From: a virus
Virus record (IMG/VR): IMGVR_UViG_3300002026_000009
Span: 1-64,000 of that record
Direction: 5' to 3' (one strand)
DNA: 64,000 bases
A program made the position numbers and the translations under genes. The notes under the pieces are model-generated. The model saw only the letters and a list, made by a program, of their open reading frames with translations. It had not been told where the DNA came from and searched no databases. This document shows positions 59,872 through 64,000 of the stretch, piece after piece (position 1 is the stretch's first letter; each line of letters begins with the position of its first letter).

Positions 59872-60224
59872 TTGTTAGCTCTTTCTATAATCTTGCGGCG
59901 CGCTTCCAATAATTGCTCACTTGCTACACAGTCACCTTCACGAACCACTACTAGTGGCCCACTTTCTTTTAGTGCTGCGCGTATTTGTTGAGTATCTTGT
60001 ATTAATGCATTAATTTCTTTTGTTAGATCAACAGATCTTAGGCTTAGTGCTTTATTTACTACTGCAGTTTGGTTGTCTAAGGCTGTACGATATTCTGCAA
60101 CTTGTTTTGTATACTGCTCTGCTGCTGCTAATTCACCTGCTCTATATCCCGTAGTAGACCCTAAATAGTATACAAGGGCTAGTATTGCAGCTAGTGCTAC
60201 CACTATAATTATATTTTGTTTCAT
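59868..60224 (-). CDS. i-spanin (Rz-like)
   Basis: N-terminal TM segment IIIVVALAAILALVYYL followed by a coiled coil. Confidence 0.7.
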   Translation of the reverse strand: MKQNIIIVVALAAILALVYYLGSTTGYRAGELAAAEQYTKQVAEYRTALDNQTAVVNKALSLRSVDLTKEINALIQDTQQIRAALKESGPLVVVREGDCVASEQLLEARRKIIERANK

Positions 60225-60262
60225 TTTAGCCCTAAGAATTTAGGTACGGTTAATAGTAGCTT

Positions 60263-60715
60263 CTAGATAAATCCACCTATTTTACTTTTATCTGTCATAC
60301 CACTAATAGGCTGTTCCCAAACAGCGGCAGCTACCTCAGCTGGAGTAATAGAACTGCCACTAGTAGCAATACCTTGTGCTTGTACAGGTACTGTTAGTTT
60401 TACAAGAACGTTGTAGTTACCTACAGTAGGAACGACTGGGTCACCACCGCCATCTACGAATAAATTGCCGGTAATATTTAATACTTGGGTAGCTTCCATT
60501 GGTCGTACTCGCCAGCCGTTTGCTAGAAAGTAGTATGGTGGAATTGATAGTCCACTGCCCAAGCCATCGCCACCTACAGAAGTAAAGGCAGGCAGATACT
60601 TTAGGTTATCTGCCTGACTAGCCCAGTCGACCCAAGTAGCATATATACTCTGTGCAGTAACATTAGTACTATCTAGTATAATTAGCTTATTAACGGGGTC
60701 GATTGTATATGCCAT
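60263..60715 (-). CDS. tail-fibre-associated structural protein (may extend to 60221 through TAG)
   Basis: The ORF ends in TAG. Reading through adds 13 codons and ends in a TGA that overlaps the i-spanin ATG. Confidence 0.55.
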   Translation of the reverse strand: MAYTIDPVNKLIILDSTNVTAQSIYATWVDWASQADNLKYLPAFTSVGGDGLGSGLSIPPYYFLANGWRVRPMEATQVLNITGNLFVDGGGDPVVPTVGNYNVLVKLTVPVQAQGIATSGSSITPAEVAAAVWEQPISGMTDKSKIGGFI

Positions 60716-60718
60716 ATA

Positions 60719-62083
60719 TTATGCGTAAACGCGATCTTGTTCTGCAACCAAGGATAGAGAGATTGCTTTACTCTTTGTTAGCGTACCAGTTGCGACTGCA
60801 AACTTACCTGTACCAGGTTTTACACCAATTAGTGTTACTGCACGATCTGTACCAGGCGTCGCACCGCCCTGAGTATTACCATCGTAGTCGTACGTAAATG
60901 ATATTGAACCACTAGAGATAGTACCTGCGATAGGTGTGCCGCTTGCGTCGTTGACGGTAATTGCACCGCTTTCGCCGTAGTCATTGCCAGCACCTGGAGG
61001 AGCTGTAAACATAAGGCGATAACTTGAACCTGCGCCAACCAGCACGCTGTTAAAGGTCATAGTACCGGCTGCACTGTATGGATATGTACGTGTTACACCG
61101 TTTTGGTCTTTAAACTCAATACGGTTGGTATCAGCTGAAAGTAGGTTTTCAACGAACACACCGGTTGTTGTTTGTAGGGTATCACCAACGAAGCCTAATA
61201 GGGCTGCTGCAGTTTTACCGTTTACGGTACCGGCTCCTGCGTCTATATCGCTATCTTGACGTAGTAAGTATTGAACCTTAGTATAGATTTGTTCTAGCGT
61301 AGCGTTATTACCATTAATAACAACACGGAATGGATAACTACCACCACCAATTGTTTTGTTCTGGTCACTACCATAGTACGTAATTGTAATACCACTATAA
61401 GGGGCACCACTCATTGCAGCATCATTAGCTTGAATCTTTAAGTCATCTTCGTTAGAAAGTAGCAAGTTAACAATGTTAGCACCGGTCGACGTTTTACCCG
61501 TATCGGCTAGAACAGAGTCTTTGTATTTTTTACCGTATTCACGAACGAAGCCTTTAAAGTAACTACGCTTATCAAAGTTACCATTGCTGGCATCCCCAAA
61601 AACTTGAATACCTTCGTTACATTGGTCTGTAAAGGTAAAGTTAATTGGCGCGTCTGTTGAAGCACGCTGGTAATACAGCTGAGCACCGGTTGACACACCA
61701 CCCAGGCCTACAATACCTACGTATTGACGTTGTAGTACGCCCGCTGCGGAGAATTCACTCCAGCCACCATCGCGTAACATTTGACGAGTAGCATCGGCGT
61801 TAAATGTCCAACCACTAAAAGTTGAACCATCAGTACCAATTTGGAACTGACCAGATAACGCGTCGATTGCGTATGCAGGGAATGGGCTATCTTGATATGT
61901 TGAGGTAGCCCACAGGTCCACCAATTTAGAGTATAGAGCCTGCCAGGTTACACCATCTTTCGCTATAAGACCGTTAGTTGTAGAACCGTCGGCGCTTGCT
62001 AGCAATTGGATAGTCTTGGCTGTCTCGTTAATTACTAGGTTTGTGCCAACTACCAGTTGGCTTTTACTTGTTAGTTTTGCCAT
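60719..62083 (-). CDS. tail fibre / structural protein
   Basis: 454 aa, rich in Gly, Thr, Ser, Asn and Ala. GGAG RBS. Confidence 0.6.
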   Translation of the reverse strand: MAKLTSKSQLVVGTNLVINETAKTIQLLASADGSTTNGLIAKDGVTWQALYSKLVDLWATSTYQDSPFPAYAIDALSGQFQIGTDGSTFSGWTFNADATRQMLRDGGWSEFSAAGVLQRQYVGIVGLGGVSTGAQLYYQRASTDAPINFTFTDQCNEGIQVFGDASNGNFDKRSYFKGFVREYGKKYKDSVLADTGKTSTGANIVNLLLSNEDDLKIQANDAAMSGAPYSGITITYYGSDQNKTIGGGSYPFRVVINGNNATLEQIYTKVQYLLRQDSDIDAGAGTVNGKTAAALLGFVGDTLQTTTGVFVENLLSADTNRIEFKDQNGVTRTYPYSAAGTMTFNSVLVGAGSSYRLMFTAPPGAGNDYGESGAITVNDASGTPIAGTISSGSISFTYDYDGNTQGGATPGTDRAVTLIGVKPGTGKFAVATGTLTKSKAISLSLVAEQDRVYA

Positions 62084-62148
62084 GTTTAGGCTCCATAGTT
62101 ACGGTCGATTGTTTGAGCTACTGGTAGGCTAGCATTTGTAGTACCTAG

Positions 62149-64000
62149 CTAGTAGTTGCGAATGTATAGTGGTACATATCCTGGCTTGATAACACCGATA
62201 TCTACCGGCTGTGCAGTTTCATATTCGTACACCCAACTAGAACCAGCATAATTATCCACTGATGCTATAATATTTGTTGTCCCAGCTTGTAGAATGACAA
62301 CATCAGAACCAGATACCAATCCAGTCAATGTTAGCTTAACTGTGTCTAATGGATAACTGTTATCAGTGTGAGCTGCGTAGTTAGACCAGCCGTTGAATCT
62401 AATAACAGTGATCGCAGTGGCAATTGCTGTTACACAAGTAACTTTTACCTTGAATCTAGTTCCTGCTGGATTTGGGGTTTCATCCGGAAGATGATTGAAG
62501 TAAACAATACCCGACGCAGTACCGGTATTAGCTCTAGTCAGTGTGACTGTGGTTCCGACTACTGATACAACTCTATTACGCTGAGCGATGTTAGTACCAC
62601 CGTACAACCAATCCCCGGGTGAAATACCAGTTGTATTAGCGATAGTAATAGTAAATGCACCGTTAGCACCTGTGTTTACGGTTTTGACTCTAGACAGGTT
62701 CTTGAATGTACCACTAAACCCTGAGCCAGTATCAATATCGTATTCAAGTAAGAAGTTAGATAAAGTGCTACCAGCTAATGTTGGAGCTAAGTATTCATCG
62801 AACCCAGTGAACCCTTTGGCAAAGTAAGGCATTTCCCATACAGCAGATGTTCCTACTACACCCATCAAAACCCCACCACTGGAGTTAAACTTAGGTGTTC
62901 CAGATAACACTGTATAGTAAGCTGCTGTGTCTGTTGTGGGCTCGTTCATCCGTAGAGTAATGTTACCCGTGCCTCTAGAGAACGTGGTCATGAAGTGATG
63001 ACCATAAACCGAAGCTTGCCCAGATACACCGGGAATACCGCCGAAACCTTTTAGTTGCGCATTGAGGTTAGCTGGATTGATTAGTTCAATACCAAAAGTA
63101 TTGAGAGCATTGTCATTTTGCTTGTAAACGTTTTCGTATGTTACTCCAGTATCAGAGTTAATGAACGTTGTTACTGTGCTTCTAACCCGGTCTACGTAGC
63201 AGTTCTGTAATCTGTAGTTAGAGCAGTTACCGCCAGTAACAAACAATCCACCCATGCCCATGGTATTAGGATTCCAACTTCCACACTTCAATGGATTGGT
63301 TTTTGTACCTAGATTTCTGAATGTTACATTATTTGCTCCACCTCCAATACGAGCAGCAGTGCTAGATGGATGGCAGTTAGGTATAGTATCATTCATGCCG
63401 AATGTCAAACCATCAACAACTACATCTGATGATCTAGTATCAATGTTGATAGCAGAATATCCACCTGTTGCATTTGTGTATCCAGTGAATCTATCACAAT
63501 AGTCTGTATTGTTGATCCGCACTTTGTTACTCGTAGTAACTAAGATCTGACTGTTGAATGTCTTATTATTGTTTAAGGTTATGTTGTCACATGAAGATAA
63601 GTTAAACGAATATCCGGAACTTCTGGCGTATTGAATAATACCAAACTCACAATCATTGAACGTCAAATTATTACAGAAGTTGACGTTCACAGCGTGGTCT
63701 GATGTTCCCGGAGTATTGCCACGTTTCAACGTGGCATTGGTGATAGTACCACCTGAGAAATTAGAAGTAAGCAACAGTGTGTTAATGTCTAAGCTACCAT
63801 ACATCCCTACGCCGACATTATCTAACGTCATAGCAGTAGCACATTCAGAAATTTGCAATGTATCCATGTGCCAATTGTTTATAAGACGTACACTATATGC
63901 TTGACCGAACGTAGCTGCCCAGTTATTGTTGCAGAAGAATTCTAGATCAATAGCACCCGCAGAGGTTGTTGTAAACTCAGGTCTAGTACCTTGAGTACCG
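62149..64000 (-). CDS. tailspike-like beta-helix protein (5' end outside window)
   Basis: Repeated N-x-T/N-N motifs typical of right-handed beta-helices. The frame stays open upstream of Met 63867 to the window edge. It ends in TAG, and readthrough would add 20 codons (TAG plus 19 sense codons) before the TAA at 62086. Confidence 0.6.
   Translation of the reverse strand, partial: GTQGTRPEFTTTSAGAIDLEFFCNNNWAATFGQAYSVRLINNWHMDTLQISECATAMTLDNVGVGMYGSLDINTLLLTSNFSGGTITNATLKRGNTPGTSDHAVNVNFCNNLTFNDCEFGIIQYARSSGYSFNLSSCDNITLNNNKTFNSQILVTTSNKVRINNTDYCDRFTGYTNATGGYSAINIDTRSSDVVVDGLTFGMNDTIPNCHPSSTAARIGGGANNVTFRNLGTKTNPLKCGSWNPNTMGMGGLFVTGGNCSNYRLQNCYVDRVRSTVTTFINSDTGVTYENVYKQNDNALNTFGIELINPANLNAQLKGFGGIPGVSGQASVYGHHFMTTFSRGTGNITLRMNEPTTDTAAYYTVLSGTPKFNSSGGVLMGVVGTSAVWEMPYFAKGFTGFDEYLAPTLAGSTLSNFLLEYDIDTGSGFSGTFKNLSRVKTVNTGANGAFTITIANTTGISPGDWLYGGTNIAQRNRVVSVVGTTVTLTRANTGTASGIVYFNHLPDETPNPAGTRFKVKVTCVTAIATAITVIRFNGWSNYAAHTDNSYPLDTVKLTLTGLVSGSDVVILQAGTTNIIASVDNYAGSSWVYEYETAQPVDIGVIKPGYVPLYIRNY

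Overview
This window looks like part of a virulent, moderately AT-rich T5-like (Demerecviridae-like) phage of a Gram-negative host. The taxon call is an inference from gene content only.

Layout:
- 1-6.4 kb: rightward early genes. They include a HAD phosphatase, a DEDD exonuclease and small GcrA-like HTH proteins. They are separated by consensus sigma70 promoters and hairpin terminators.
- 4.5-6.4 kb: a repeat-rich non-coding zone.
- 6.4-14.7 kb: a leftward early operon. It encodes ThyX, a thioredoxin-like protein, two phosphatases and a SleB-like hydrolase.
- 16.7-31.8 kb: a large RNA island with 28 tRNA genes plus one degenerate tRNA-like gene, a circularly permuted two-piece tmRNA, and a Ro60/Rsr orthologue flanked by Y-RNA-like modules. 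It also holds a ClpP-like protease, UvdE and several homing endonucleases.
- 34-56 kb: the replication module. It contains a split NAD ligase, DnaB-like helicase, primase, a Pol A gene interrupted by a group I intron, a DEAH helicase, SbcCD-like nuclease, a resolvase, FEN, dUTPase and a class II RNR.
- 57.7-64 kb: leftward PhoH, a lysis cassette and tail fibre/tailspike genes. The last gene runs off the window.

Main observation: TAG is never needed as a stop codon here.
- It occurs 34 times in frame inside 14 genes that are otherwise intact.
- The phage encodes a class II, G73 tRNA with anticodon CUA that is built like its own tRNA-Ser(GCU). This suggests amber-to-sense recoding, probably to Ser.
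- The in-frame TAGs are concentrated in homing endonucleases and the lysis cassette and are absent from the early leftward operon.

Other notable items:
- permuted tRNA-like Y-RNA modules next to rsr
- group I introns in Pol A and in a tRNA(CAU)
- a strand-polar, over-represented motif GACCCTAAR
- a candidate ~0.9 kb non-coding transcript
- a dnaX-type A_AAA_AAG -1 slip site in the transglycosylase gene

All coordinates were read by eye from the sequence. Folds and family assignments were not checked with any software.
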